From Thermoplasmata archaeon (lineage in GTDB: Archaea; Thermoplasmatota; SW-10-69-26; JACQPN01; JAJPHT01), in NCBI GenBank assembly GCA_034667685.1, contig JAXDQU010000039.1, forward strand, positions 1-45,109: a DNA stretch of 45,109 nt, in the 5' to 3' direction. The translations under genes and the position numbers were made by a program. Shown in pieces: positions 8,852-17,971 of the stretch (its first letter is position 1; every line of letters begins with the position of its first letter). The notes beneath the pieces were generated by a model. That model was not told where the DNA came from, did no database searches, and worked only from the letters and a program-made list of their open reading frames with translations.

Positions 8852-9625
8852 TCAGGCCTCCGTGAAGAGCGTGCCGGCGTCGTGGCCTTCGGCGAGAAGC
8901 GTGAGCCCGGGCTCGTCGAGCACGCGCACGCGGGAGACGCCGGCGGCGAGCGCGTCGAGCGCTCCGCGGATCTTGGGGATCATGCCTCCGGAAGCCACGC
9001 CGTCGTGGATGAGCGCTTCGGCTCCCGCGCGGGTCAGGACGTCGATCGGCTTGCCCGTCGCGCCGCGCACCGCGGGCACGTCGGTCAGGAGCAGCAGGTC
9101 GTGCGCCTTGAGCGCGACGGCGACGGCGCTGGCGACCTCGTCCGCGTTGCAGTTGAGCGGCCCGTGCGCGTCGACCGCGATCGGTCCCACCACGGGGGTG
9201 ACGCCGTTGAACGCGAGGTGGCGCAGCAGGTCGGCGTTGACGTCCGTGACGGTGCCGACGCGGCCGAGCTGCGCGTCCTTGACGACGCCGCGCGTCGTGG
9301 CCGCGTCGCGTCCCGAGAGCGAGACGGCGGGCGAGCCCGCGACGGTCAGCGCGTGGGCGAGCGTCTTCCCGACGTGGGCGAAGACGGGCTCCGCGATCTC
9401 CAGCGTCTTCTCGTCCGTGACGCGCAGGCCGTGGACGAAGCGCGCCTCGATGCCCGCGGCGGCGAGCGCGCTCGTGACCTGGGCCCCGCCGCCGTGGACG
9501 ACGACGAGGCGGCGCCCGGAGGCGCGCAGCGCGGAGAGGCGTTCGGCGAGGGCGGCCATGCCCGAGGGCGTCTCGATGCTGCGGCCGCCGAGCTTGACGA
9601 CGGTGAGTCCAGGGTTGTGTGCCAT
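8852..9625 (-). CDS. argB: Acetylglutamate kinase
   Basis: VVKLGG, VHGGG, GLRVTD, NCNAD, GGMIPK motifs. Confidence 0.93.
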   Translation of the reverse strand: MAHNPGLTVVKLGGRSIETPSGMAALAERLSALRASGRRLVVVHGGGAQVTSALAAAGIEARFVHGLRVTDEKTLEIAEPVFAHVGKTLAHALTVAGSPAVSLSGRDAATTRGVVKDAQLGRVGTVTDVNADLLRHLAFNGVTPVVGPIAVDAHGPLNCNADEVASAVAVALKAHDLLLLTDVPAVRGATGKPIDVLTRAGAEALIHDGVASGGMIPKIRGALDALAAGVSRVRVLDEPGLTLLAEGHDAGTLFTEA

Positions 9626-9634
9626 GATATCAGA

Positions 9635-10864
9635 TCAGGTGGTGTAGTCGGCGTTGATCTTGACGTAGTTGTAGCTGAAGTCGCAGCCCCACGCGGTGGC
9701 GCTGTGCTCGCCGTCGTGCAGGTCCACGGTGAAGACGACGTGGTCCTTGTCGACGATCCTGCGCAGGCCGTCCTTGTCGAGCGTCTCGCACGGCTCGCCC
9801 GCCTTCAGCACCCAGGCCGCGCCCGCGGCGCTCTTGACCTGGATGTCGACCTTGGCGGGATCGAACTCCGCGCCGCTGTAGCCCACCGCCGCGAGGATGC
9901 GCCCCCAGTTCGGATCGCGCCCGAAGACGGCGGTCTTGACGAGGGGGCTCTTCGTGACGCTGCGGGCCGCGAAGCGCGCGTCCTCCAGCGAGCGGGCGTT
10001 CTCGATGCGGACCTCCAGCAGCGTCGTTGCCCCTTCTCCGTCGCGCGCGATCTTCTTGGCGAGCGTCTCGCACACGAGGTGCAGCGCCTCCTTGAAGTTC
10101 TGATAGCCCTTGCCGCGCGTGATCGTCGGGTTCCCGGCCGCGCCGTTGGCGAGCACCGCGACCATGTCGTTGGTCGACGTGTCGCCGTCCACGCTGATCA
10201 TGTTGAACGTGGCGTTGGCGCACTCGCGCAGCGCGGTCTGGAGCGCGTCGGCGTCCACGGCCGCGTCGGTGACGATCCACGAGAGCATCGTCGCCATGTT
10301 GGGGTGGATCATGCCGCTGCCCTTGGCGACGCCGCCCACGCGCACGACGGTGCCGTTGACCTCGGCCTCGACGAGGACCTCCTTGGGCACGAGGTCCGTG
10401 GTCATCATGGCCTGCGCGACGTTGCCGGGCTCGGCCGCGTCCAGCGTGCCCACGCAGTTCTTGATGCCCTCGGTCACGATGTCCATGGGCAGGTGGCGGC
10501 CGATGACGCCCGTGCTCGCGACGATGACCTCCTCGGGCTTGAGGTTCAGGCACGCGGCGGCGACGCGCTGCATCTCGTAGGCGTCGCGCAGGCCCTGCTC
10601 GCCCGTGGCGGCGTTGGCGCAGCCCGCGTTGCACACGATGGCGCGCGCGTGGCCGCTCTTGACGACCTGCTCGCTGACCAGCACCGGCGCGGCGCGGACC
10701 TTGTTGAGCGTGAACACGCCCGCCGCGGTGGTGCCGGGCTGCGCGCTGTAGATGACGCTGAGGTCCTTGCGCATGCGCTTGATGCCGGCGGCGAAGCCCT
10801 GGGCCTTGAAGCCCTTCACGAGGTGGATGCCGCCCTCGATGACGCGGGGTCCGACGCTGTGCAT
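9635..10864 (-). CDS. argJ: Ornithine acetyltransferase / N-acetylglutamate synthase
   Basis: STGVIG, MTTD, KGSGMIHPNMATML autoprocessing site, DGDTSTND, DGEGAT, DPNWGR, YVKINADYTT. Confidence 0.96.
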   Translation of the reverse strand: MHSVGPRVIEGGIHLVKGFKAQGFAAGIKRMRKDLSVIYSAQPGTTAAGVFTLNKVRAAPVLVSEQVVKSGHARAIVCNAGCANAATGEQGLRDAYEMQRVAAACLNLKPEEVIVASTGVIGRHLPMDIVTEGIKNCVGTLDAAEPGNVAQAMMTTDLVPKEVLVEAEVNGTVVRVGGVAKGSGMIHPNMATMLSWIVTDAAVDADALQTALRECANATFNMISVDGDTSTNDMVAVLANGAAGNPTITRGKGYQNFKEALHLVCETLAKKIARDGEGATTLLEVRIENARSLEDARFAARSVTKSPLVKTAVFGRDPNWGRILAAVGYSGAEFDPAKVDIQVKSAAGAAWVLKAGEPCETLDKDGLRRIVDKDHVVFTVDLHDGEHSATAWGCDFSYNYVKINADYTT

Positions 10865-11862
10865 CAGGGACCACCGCCCAGGACGGGGAGGCCGAGCGCG
10901 CGCTCGAAGCCGCTCATGAGGTTCATGTTCTCGATGGCCTGGCCCGCGCCGCCCTTCACGAGGTTGTCGATCGCCGAGGTCACGACGTAGACGTTGCCGT
11001 TGACGTGCGGCTTGACGTGGCAGTAGTTGGTGTTGCGCACGTGCTTCGTGTCGGGCTCGAAGTCGACGACCTTGGCGAAGGGCTCGCCCGCGTAGGCCTT
11101 GTGATATCGTTCCGCCAGCTCGGCCGCGCTCAGGGCGGGGCCTTTCGCCGTCGCGTAGGCCGTGGCGAGGATGCCGCGGTTCATCGGGACGACGTGCGGC
11201 GTGAAGACGACGGGGACGCCCAGCGTCTCCGCGATCTCGGGCTGGTGGCGGTGCGTGCCGACCTTGTAGGCGAACGCGCTCTCGTTCTGCTCGGGGAAGT
11301 GGTGCGCCTCGCTGGGCTCCTTGCCCGCGCCGCTGATGCCGCTCACCGCGTCGACGATGACGTGGGGCTCCACGAGTCCCTGCTGCACGAGCGGCAGGAG
11401 CGCGAGCGCGCTGGCCGTGGGGTAGCAGCCCGGGTTCGCGACGAGCTTCGCGGCGGCGATGCGCGCGGCGTTGATCTCGGGCAGGCCGTAGACCGCGCCC
11501 TTGGCGACGGGCGCCGCGCCGTAGTGCTTCGCGGCCGCGCCGTCGCTGAGGCGGTGGTCGCCCGAGAGGTCGACGACCTTGACGCCCTGCGCGAGCAGGA
11601 GCGGGGCGAGGTCGCGCGCGACGCCGCTGGGGGTCGCGGTGAACACGAGGTCGAGGTCCGCCAGGTCGGCGGGCGCCATGCCCGTGAAGGTCTGCGGGAC
11701 GAGGTGCCCGAAGGTCGGGAAGCTGGAGGCCGCGGGCTTGCCGGCCTTGGAGGCGCTGGCGAGCTTGACGACCTTGGCCTGGGGGTGCGCGAGGAGGTGG
11801 CGCAGGAGCTCGGTGCCGAGGTAGCCCGTCGCGCCCACGATGCCCACACGAAGCTGGCTCAT
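10864..11862 (-). CDS. argC: N-acetyl-gamma-glutamyl-phosphate reductase
   Basis: GATGYLG, DLSGDHR, ANPGCYPT, SGISGAG, HRHQPEI, DNLVKGGAGQA. Confidence 0.96.
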   Translation of the reverse strand: MSQLRVGIVGATGYLGTELLRHLLAHPQAKVVKLASASKAGKPAASSFPTFGHLVPQTFTGMAPADLADLDLVFTATPSGVARDLAPLLLAQGVKVVDLSGDHRLSDGAAAKHYGAAPVAKGAVYGLPEINAARIAAAKLVANPGCYPTASALALLPLVQQGLVEPHVIVDAVSGISGAGKEPSEAHHFPEQNESAFAYKVGTHRHQPEIAETLGVPVVFTPHVVPMNRGILATAYATAKGPALSAAELAERYHKAYAGEPFAKVVDFEPDTKHVRNTNYCHVKPHVNGNVYVVTSAIDNLVKGGAGQAIENMNLMSGFERALGLPVLGGGP

Positions 11863-11939
11863 GTCGAGCCCACTTTACGGAGTCACGGGCTTCAGCGTGA
11901 CGACGGAATTGGCGGGTTTCTGGTCACACGTGTCCGATT

Positions 11940-12478
11940 CTAGGCAGACCAGGCGAGCTTCACGACGCCGTACGTGACGCCGTCGCTGGCGTTGAACTCG
12001 ACGCGGCGGCAGCCTTCCAGGACGGTGAAGCTCGCGAAGGCGTCCCCGACGTCGCTGGAGGCGTCGCCCTCGGAGCACACCGCCCCCGTGCCGTCGACGA
12101 GGCGCCAGTGGAAGCCCACGGTGGTGAACCAGTCCTGGTCCTGCAGCTCCAGGATCGCGACGGCGCCCGTCTGCGCCGTGGGGAACCGGAAGAACCACCC
12201 GCAGTCGTCCGCGACGCTCGTGTTCGCGAGGACGCGGCCCGCATCCCCCGAGAGGACGTCGTCGGTCGTCGGCTGCGACCAGCATCCGACTTCCGCCCTC
12301 ATGAGGAACTCGCGGTCCGGTTGGACGTACGCCTGGTGCTTGACGTAGTAGATCGTCTGGCTTCCCGCCGCGGCGTCGGCCTCCGGGGCCACGAGCGGAA
12401 GCAGGAGAAGGGGCGCGAGCAGCACGACGAGGCGGGCGGACACGGGGCGATCCAGGCCCTTGCGTCTCAAGACCATTG
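11940..12478 (-). CDS. Hypothetical secreted protein
   Basis: Signal-peptide-like LVVLLAPLLLLPLVAPEADA followed by a beta-rich domain with 4 Cys; start uncertain. Confidence 0.6.
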
Positions 12479-12537
12479 TGGCCGCGGAGTTTCCCCCCGA
12501 GGCCAATCGTCAAGTGGCGCCACTCCTTCGCCGCGCC

Positions 12538-12753
12538 GTGCGCGTGCACGCGACGCTGCATGGGTTCCCGGAGAAGGAGCGGGAGCTGGACCTCGCGGCC
12601 GGGGCCATCGCCGACGACGCGCCGCGCGCGTGCGGCATCCGCCCCGAGCTGGTCCTCGTGTTCCGCGACGAGAGGCCCATCGCCGGCGACGAGCCGCTGC
12701 GCGAGGGCGACCGCGTGCGCATCCTCCGCGTCGTGAGCGGGGGCGCCCGATGA
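12538..12753 (+). CDS. Ubiquitin-like small archaeal modifier (SAMP2/MoaD/ThiS family) ending GG-AR
   Basis: 71 aa beta-grasp pattern, VLVFRDERPI...LREGDRVRILRVVSGG-AR; resembles haloarchaeal SAMP2. Confidence 0.85.
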   Translation: MRVHATLHGFPEKERELDLAAGAIADDAPRACGIRPELVLVFRDERPIAGDEPLREGDRVRILRVVSGGAR

Positions 12754-13556
12754 GGGCGCTCCTCGCCGCGATCCTTCTGCTATCACCGCTGGCGGCGGGC
12801 GACGACGCGCTCTTCGCGCACCGGTACGTCTTCGAAGGCCGGCTCGTGGGCGCCGACGGGCTTCCGATGCCAGGCCGCCCCGTGGCGTTCACGACGGACG
12901 GCGCGGGCGGCTTCACCCACGCCTGCGGCCCGCAGCAGGACGTCACGGACGGGAACGGCGACTTCCGCTTCTGCTTCGAGCAGGGCGCGCTCGACGCGAC
13001 GAAGCACGTGGGCGTGGTCGTCGACGGCATCGCCGTGACGAAGCCGATGGACACGGCCTTCCGCCGCACCGTCGTGCTGGTGCGCGACCCGAACGGCACG
13101 GGCGTCGCGCCGCCGGCGTGGAACGAGACGTTCCGCGTCGCGGGCCGGGCGCTCCACCCGGACGAGCGCGTGGTCGAGGGCGTCACGGTGTTCAACGCGC
13201 CGCTGCCCAACGTCACGGTGAACCTCACGCTCGCCACCTCCGGCGAGAACGGCTCCGTGCTCCAGGTGAGGACGGACGAGCTGGGCGACTTCGACGCGAC
13301 GGTGCGGCTCCTCCACGGCACGCGCCCCGAGGACGTGCGGCTCACGGTCGAGGCGCTCGGCCAGCCGCGCCCCGCGGTCCTCGACCCCACGTTCCACCGC
13401 TCCACCGTCGGGCTCGCGCTCCGCCTGCCGAGCGAGCCGGCGGTGGCGCTCGATCTGCCCGGGACCGCGAGCGCGCCGCCCAGCCCGCTCCTCGTGATCG
13501 CGGCCGTGGCCGCGCTGGTCGCCACGATCGCCTGGGCGCGGCGCAAGCCCTCGTGA
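12750..13556 (+). CDS. Secreted/membrane-anchored protein with two Ig-like repeats
   Basis: ATGA overlap with upstream gene; signal peptide MRALLAAILLLSPLAA; repeats (TDGNGDF / TDELGDF; MDTAFRRT / LDPTFHRS); C-terminal TM plus RRK. Confidence 0.75.
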   Translation: MRALLAAILLLSPLAAGDDALFAHRYVFEGRLVGADGLPMPGRPVAFTTDGAGGFTHACGPQQDVTDGNGDFRFCFEQGALDATKHVGVVVDGIAVTKPMDTAFRRTVVLVRDPNGTGVAPPAWNETFRVAGRALHPDERVVEGVTVFNAPLPNVTVNLTLATSGENGSVLQVRTDELGDFDATVRLLHGTRPEDVRLTVEALGQPRPAVLDPTFHRSTVGLALRLPSEPAVALDLPGTASAPPSPLLVIAAVAALVATIAWARRKPS

Positions 13557-14269
13557 TCAGAAGAGCCGGCGCTGCGGGCCCCGCGCGCGCTGCACCGGCG
13601 CCCCGGCGCGCTCGAGAAGATCCTGGAGCGCGTCGCGTCCCGCCGGAACCAATGCTCGCCGTTGCGGCCGTGGAAGCGCACGTACGCATGGTCGGCCGCG
13701 CCCGCGACGACCGCGGGGAAGCCGGGCCCGTCGACGACCACGGCGGCGGCGTTGCGCGCGTCGAGCAGCGCCAGCGCGTCCGGCTTCAACGCGCCCGCCT
13801 CGTCGTGCCACGTGCGGTTGCGGAATTCGACGGCCACGGGGAGCGGGGCGAGCGCGTCGAGCGTGGCCGCGAGCCGATCCTGCATCTCGCGCGCGTGCGT
13901 GACCGCGGGCGAAAGCTGGAGCAGCACGGCGCCCAGGCGGCCCGCCTCGCGCAGCGGCTCCGCGACCCGCGCGCGCCACGACGCGGCCAGACGCGCGCAC
14001 GCCTCGGGAGGCGCGCCCGCCATCGCGTCGTGCGTCAGGTCCTGCGGCGCCTTGAGCGAAAGCTCGAACCCGGGCCGGTCGCGCGTGCGGGCGATCCAGC
14101 CCCGGAGCAAGGCGGGCGTCGGATCGCGGTAGAACGAGGCGTCGATCTCCAGCGCGGGAAAACGCTCCGCCAGGAAGCCGAGCCGCTCCGCGGGCGCCAG
14201 GCCCTTGGGGTAGACGACGCCCTCCCAGTCCTCGTAGCTCCAGCCCGAGGTCCCGACGAGGATCGGCAT
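13557..14269 (-). pseudogene. DUF72 (UPF0759) family gene with internal deletion/frameshift
   Basis: GTSGWSY, EIDASFY, KAPQDLTH, VEFRN, YVRFHGRN present; the expected Y.Y..EEL and FNN region is absent and the natural-looking tail DALQDLL..QRRLF* is in another frame. Confidence 0.7.
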
Positions 14270-14279
14270 CGGAACGATA

Positions 14280-14537
14280 TCAGTGGGGGATGAAGGACAT
14301 GAGGTAGAAGATGAGGAAGCCCATGGCTCCCAGGATCCCCATGCCGATGGCCGAGACGACGGCGGCCTTGCGGTATTCCTCGGGCGTGGGCTTGCGCGCC
14401 ATGCGGATGACGCGGCCGTACTTGCCCTTCCCGATGGTGGCGAGGCGCCCCTCGAGCTTCTCCTGCGCGTCCCACGCCTTGCCGACGAAGGACTCGCTCT
14501 CGGGCTTCTGCGTCGTGGGCGCGGCGGTGGCCATCAT
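14280..14537 (-). CDS. secE: Protein translocase subunit SecE (Sec61 gamma)
   Basis: YGRVIRMARKPTPEEY followed by TM ..GMGILGAMGFLIF. Confidence 0.92.
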   Translation of the reverse strand: MMATAAPTTQKPESESFVGKAWDAQEKLEGRLATIGKGKYGRVIRMARKPTPEEYRKAAVVSAIGMGILGAMGFLIFYLMSFIPH

Positions 14538-14686
14538 GGTCACTGGGCTGCCGTCAAGAAATCGTCCATCATCAACCTTTGCAACGTGGGGGCAGGAGTG
14601 CAACGCGGAGTGCCCACCTCCCGAGGTTTCAAATAGTCCCGGCGAAGTGGAGGGCCGTTTCCCTTCGGCCTAGGGAGGAAACAGCG

Positions 14687-16237
14687 TTGACCGAAGAACG
14701 CAAGTCGCTCTTGTACAAGCTGGAGCCGCTCATCAAGCGGTTCCCTGCCGTCACGAAGCCCGAGGGGCACGTGCACTTCCGAACGAAGCTGCTGTGGAGC
14801 TTTGCCTGTCTCCTGGCGTACTTCGTCCTCTCGAACGTGTTCATCTACGGCCTGGGCTCGGAGCTCGACGCCTTCGCGTCGTTCCGCGCCATCCTGGCCG
14901 GCCAATCGGGCTCGCTGGTGCACCTGGGCATCGGCCCCATCGTCACGGGGTCGATCATCATGCAGCTCTTCGTGGGCGCGAAGATCATCAAGCTCGACCT
15001 CCAGAACTCGGAGGACAAGGCGATCTACCAGGGCGCGCAGAAGATCCTCGTCATCGTCATGATCTTCGTCGAGGCGATCCCCCAGGTCTTCGGTTTCCTG
15101 GCGCCCGACAACATCGCCATCGCCAAGTTCGGCGTCTTCGGGGCGCGTAGCCTCATCGTGCTCCAGCTCGCCGTGGGCAGCTGGATCGTCTTCCTCATGG
15201 ACGAGGTCGTCTCCAAGTGGGGCCTCGGCTCGGGCATCTCGCTCTTCATCGTGGCGGGCGTCGCGCAGTCGGTCTTCACCGGCCTCATCTCGTGGATCCC
15301 GCAGACCTCGGGCAGCCCGCTCTCGATCAGCAACCCGCCCGGCGGCGTGCTTCCCAAGACGTTCTACTTCCTGACCGCCATGAGCACGCCCCAGTTCATC
15401 GGATCAGGTGGATTCGAGAAATTGTTCATCGGCGCCAATGCCAACGACCACAATACGATCGCCGCGCTGATCGCGACGCTCACCACGTTCTTCGTGGTCG
15501 TCTACGCCGAGAGCAGCCGCATCGAGCTGCCCCTCGCCCACGGCCGCGTCCGTGGCGCGCGTGGCCGCTACCCGATCCGTCTCCTCTACGCGAGCAACAT
15601 CCCGGTCATCCTGGCCGGCGCCCTGCTCGCCAACGTGAACCTCATCGGCCTCATGCTCTGGACCGGTCCCCTCCAGCACATGCCCTTCCTGGGCCACAAG
15701 ACCTGGGTGGGTGGCTACCAGGACCAGAGCACGACCGCGGTGACGGGCATCGCGTACTACTTCAGCCAGGTGAACGGCCTGAGCAATTGGCTCCTGCCGT
15801 TCATCTCGCCGGCGTACCAGGGCCTCTTCCTGCAACGCGCGGCCTGGCAGATCCTTCTGCACGTGTTCGCGTACAGCGCGTTCATGATCGGCGGCTCCAT
15901 CATCTTCGCGATCTTCTGGATCGAGACGACGAACATGGGCCCCGACCAGGTCGCCAAGCAGATCGAAGGCTCGGGCATGCAGATCCCCGGCTTCCGGCGC
16001 GACCCGCGCGTCACCGCGAAGATCCTCGAACGCTACATCCCGGTGGTGACCGTCATCGGTGGCGCCGCGGTGGGCATCCTGGCCGTCTTCGCCGACCTGA
16101 TCGGCACCCTGGGCAACGCCTCGGGCACCGGCATCCTCCTGGCCGTCGGCATCCTCCAGCGTCTGTACGAGCAGATCGCCAAGGAGCAGGCCATGGAGAT
16201 GCACCCGGTCCTCAGAGGATTCTTCGGGGAAGGCTAG
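14687..16237 (+). CDS. secY: Protein translocase subunit SecY (Sec61 alpha)
   Basis: LGIGPIVTGSIIMQL, DEVVSKWGLGSGISLFI, YPIRLLYASNIPVI, IPGFRRDP, GTGILLAV; TTG start with GGAGG upstream. Confidence 0.97.
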   Translation: MTEERKSLLYKLEPLIKRFPAVTKPEGHVHFRTKLLWSFACLLAYFVLSNVFIYGLGSELDAFASFRAILAGQSGSLVHLGIGPIVTGSIIMQLFVGAKIIKLDLQNSEDKAIYQGAQKILVIVMIFVEAIPQVFGFLAPDNIAIAKFGVFGARSLIVLQLAVGSWIVFLMDEVVSKWGLGSGISLFIVAGVAQSVFTGLISWIPQTSGSPLSISNPPGGVLPKTFYFLTAMSTPQFIGSGGFEKLFIGANANDHNTIAALIATLTTFFVVVYAESSRIELPLAHGRVRGARGRYPIRLLYASNIPVILAGALLANVNLIGLMLWTGPLQHMPFLGHKTWVGGYQDQSTTAVTGIAYYFSQVNGLSNWLLPFISPAYQGLFLQRAAWQILLHVFAYSAFMIGGSIIFAIFWIETTNMGPDQVAKQIEGSGMQIPGFRRDPRVTAKILERYIPVVTVIGGAAVGILAVFADLIGTLGNASGTGILLAVGILQRLYEQIAKEQAMEMHPVLRGFFGEG

Positions 16238-16258
16238 CCGAACCTCTCGATCCGCCGA

Positions 16259-16289
16259 GCCGGGGCGGCAGTCCCCGGCCTTCGTTTTT
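16259..16289 (+). terminator. Hairpin plus T-tract after secY
   Basis: GCCGGGG-N7-CCCCGGC then TTCGTTTTT. Confidence 0.5.
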
Positions 16290-16313
16290 CTTGGTTCTTC
16301 GGGCGGCGACCGG

Positions 16314-16408
16314 AGGTCAGGTGACCAGACACCTGGTCGCGGAGCGGCAGGTCAGGTGACTAGACACCTTCGCACCCGCCGCCCCGCGACCTGTCTAGTC
16401 ACCTGACC
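16314..16408. repeat. Two direct plus one inverted copy of AGGTCAGGTGACYAGACACCT (family D, REP-like)
   Basis: 16314-16334 and 16349-16369 direct (1 mismatch); 16392-16408 inverted. Confidence 0.85.
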
Positions 16409-16832
16409 CAACGACCTCGATCTCCTCGCCCACGAACCTCCCCTTCTCGCCATCCCACCGCGCGGAGAGGTGCCCTTCGTCAGGGGCCAGGTGCACGAGC
16501 AGGTACGACGCGCCGGGCCAGGATGCGCGCGCGGCGTCGGTCGCGGAGAGGCGCGCGGGTCCCGCGGGATGGCTGTGGTAGAAGCCGATGACCGTCAGGC
16601 CCAGCTCGTCCTCGACGTGCAGCGTGAGGCGAAGCTGCTCCTGCGGGTCGAGCTGGTACTCGCCCACCGGGCGCGGGTGCGTGTTCTTCACGGGGAAGGC
16701 GTGCACGATCTCGCGGTCGCCCTGCGCGTCCTCGCGGCCAGCGAGCAGGCCGCAGACCTCCTGCGGGGCGCCGGCGCGCGCGTGGGCGTGGACCTGCGCA
16801 AGGATGGAGGCGGGCACGCGCAGGCGGGGCAC
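16395..16832 (-). CDS. JAMM/MPN+ (M67) metallopeptidase, Mec/desampylase-like
   Basis: PQEVCGLL...GFYHSHPAGPARLSATD JAMM motif; GTG start inferred. Confidence 0.9.
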   Translation of the reverse strand: MPRLRVPASILAQVHAHARAGAPQEVCGLLAGREDAQGDREIVHAFPVKNTHPRPVGEYQLDPQEQLRLTLHVEDELGLTVIGFYHSHPAGPARLSATDAARASWPGASYLLVHLAPDEGHLSARWDGEKGRFVGEEIEVVGSGD

Positions 16833-16850
16833 GCGCGGCAGCCGGTGGCC

Positions 16851-17070
16851 GCGGCCTTGATCCTTGCGGACTCGGCAGCAAGGGATCGGTTGCATCGGCG
16901 CGGGCTTGAAGGAGCTCGGGCGCGACTGCCCGGCTGCGAGAGGCCTGCTCCAACTCCCCCTTCGCAGGCTTCACGCGCAGGTTGCGGGGCGCAAGCCCCA
17001 AGTCTCCGGTGGGCTGCGCCGCCCCCCAGTTCCCCCCGCGTCAGTCGCGGCGCAGCCCTTCCCGGGACTT
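16851..17070. ncRNA. Candidate structured non-coding RNA (family unassigned)
   Basis: Five consecutive stems including GGGGC-GCAA-GCCCC and 12-bp GGGCTGCGCCGC/GCGGCGCAGCCC; no credible ORF. Confidence 0.45.
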
Positions 17071-17114
17071 TCGAAGCGACTCCTTTTTGAGGGAACCGTC
17101 TGCATGCGGTCGAC

Positions 17115-17585
17115 GTGACGACGCGCGACGCGGATCGGTTGCGGGCGCTCAAGCGGGCGCACGCGACGGCGCCTTCGGGCCCCACGCCGCGCGTCGAGGA
17201 CTACATCGAGGTCGTCTACGAGTTGATCCTCGAGAAGGGGTACGCGCGCATCATCGACATCGGCGCGCACCTGCACGTCTCCTCGCCCACCGCGACCAAG
17301 ATGGTGCAGCGCATGGCGGAGGAGGGGCTCGTGGTCTACGAGCGCTACCGCGGCATCGCGTTGACCGAGGCGGGCACGGAGCTTGCGAAGCGCCTCCGCG
17401 AGCGGCATGGCGTGCTCACGAGCTTCCTGCGCCTGCTTGGCGTCGACGAGGCGACGTCGCACAAGACGACGGAGGGGATCGAGCACCACCTCGACGCGGC
17501 GACGCTCGCGCGCATCGCGAAGCTGGTGGAGTACGCGCAGGCCCATCCGGAGTGGTGGGACGCGCAGAAGAAGGATCAGGCGTAG
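17115..17585 (+). CDS. mntR: DtxR/MntR family metal-dependent transcriptional regulator
   Basis: VEDYIEVVYEL..KGYAR..HTH..YERYRG..LT..G..RH..L..FL..LGV..EGIEHH. Confidence 0.9.
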   Translation: MTTRDADRLRALKRAHATAPSGPTPRVEDYIEVVYELILEKGYARIIDIGAHLHVSSPTATKMVQRMAEEGLVVYERYRGIALTEAGTELAKRLRERHGVLTSFLRLLGVDEATSHKTTEGIEHHLDAATLARIAKLVEYAQAHPEWWDAQKKDQA

Positions 17586-17893
17586 AAGACGCTCGGCGCG
17601 GGCGCCGGGGGGACCGCTTCCTTCTTGGCGGGGCGGGCGCGGGCGGCGCGCTCCTTCGCGGCGCGGGCCTCCTCCTGGATGTAGGCGCGCCAGTCGTAGT
17701 TGCCCTGGATGGGGCTCGACTCGACGGTGTCGGCGTCCCCCGCCAGGTTCTGGTACTCGGCCCAGTCGCGCACGGCGTCGGAGACCTGCTCGATCGCCTT
17801 GGCGTCGAACGAGCGCGACGATTTGACGGCAACGGCTCCAGCGCGGGATTCCGGGTTCCAACGGGTGACGCCCAACGATTCCACCAAGACCAT
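17576..17893 (-). CDS. Hypothetical protein (about 105 aa)
   Basis: GC3-biased codons, protein-like composition; start uncertain. Confidence 0.55.
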   Translation of the reverse strand: MVLVESLGVTRWNPESRAGAVAVKSSRSFDAKAIEQVSDAVRDWAEYQNLAGDADTVESSPIQGNYDWRAYIQEEARAAKERAARARPAKKEAVPPAPAPSVFYA

Positions 17894-17971
17894 CGTAGCG
17901 GCAGGTGGGGAATACCTGCAACGCGAGGGCCGCACCGCGCATTTGGCAGTGGGGGTTTGCTTCAAGTATCA

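Noticed and set aside
7097-10990. 1297-aa ORF and other long Arg/Ala/Gly-rich ORFs (e.g. 16982-19570, 27305-30274, 37078-39945, 41510-44164)
   Set aside because: Antisense or off-frame shadows of recognisable genes, expected in high-GC DNA
12467-14269. 600-aa DUF72 'fusion' protein
   Set aside because: The extension is read-through antisense to two real + strand genes after a frameshift
16314-16408. Possible mini CRISPR array
   Set aside because: Only two 21-bp direct copies 14 bp apart plus an inverted copy; no cas genes
16851-17070. RNase P RNA, SRP RNA or NiCo/Mn riboswitch assignment
   Set aside because: Only fragmentary resemblance (GAAAGTCC; GAGCAGGC..GCCGGGC on the minus strand); the full conserved motif sets are not visible
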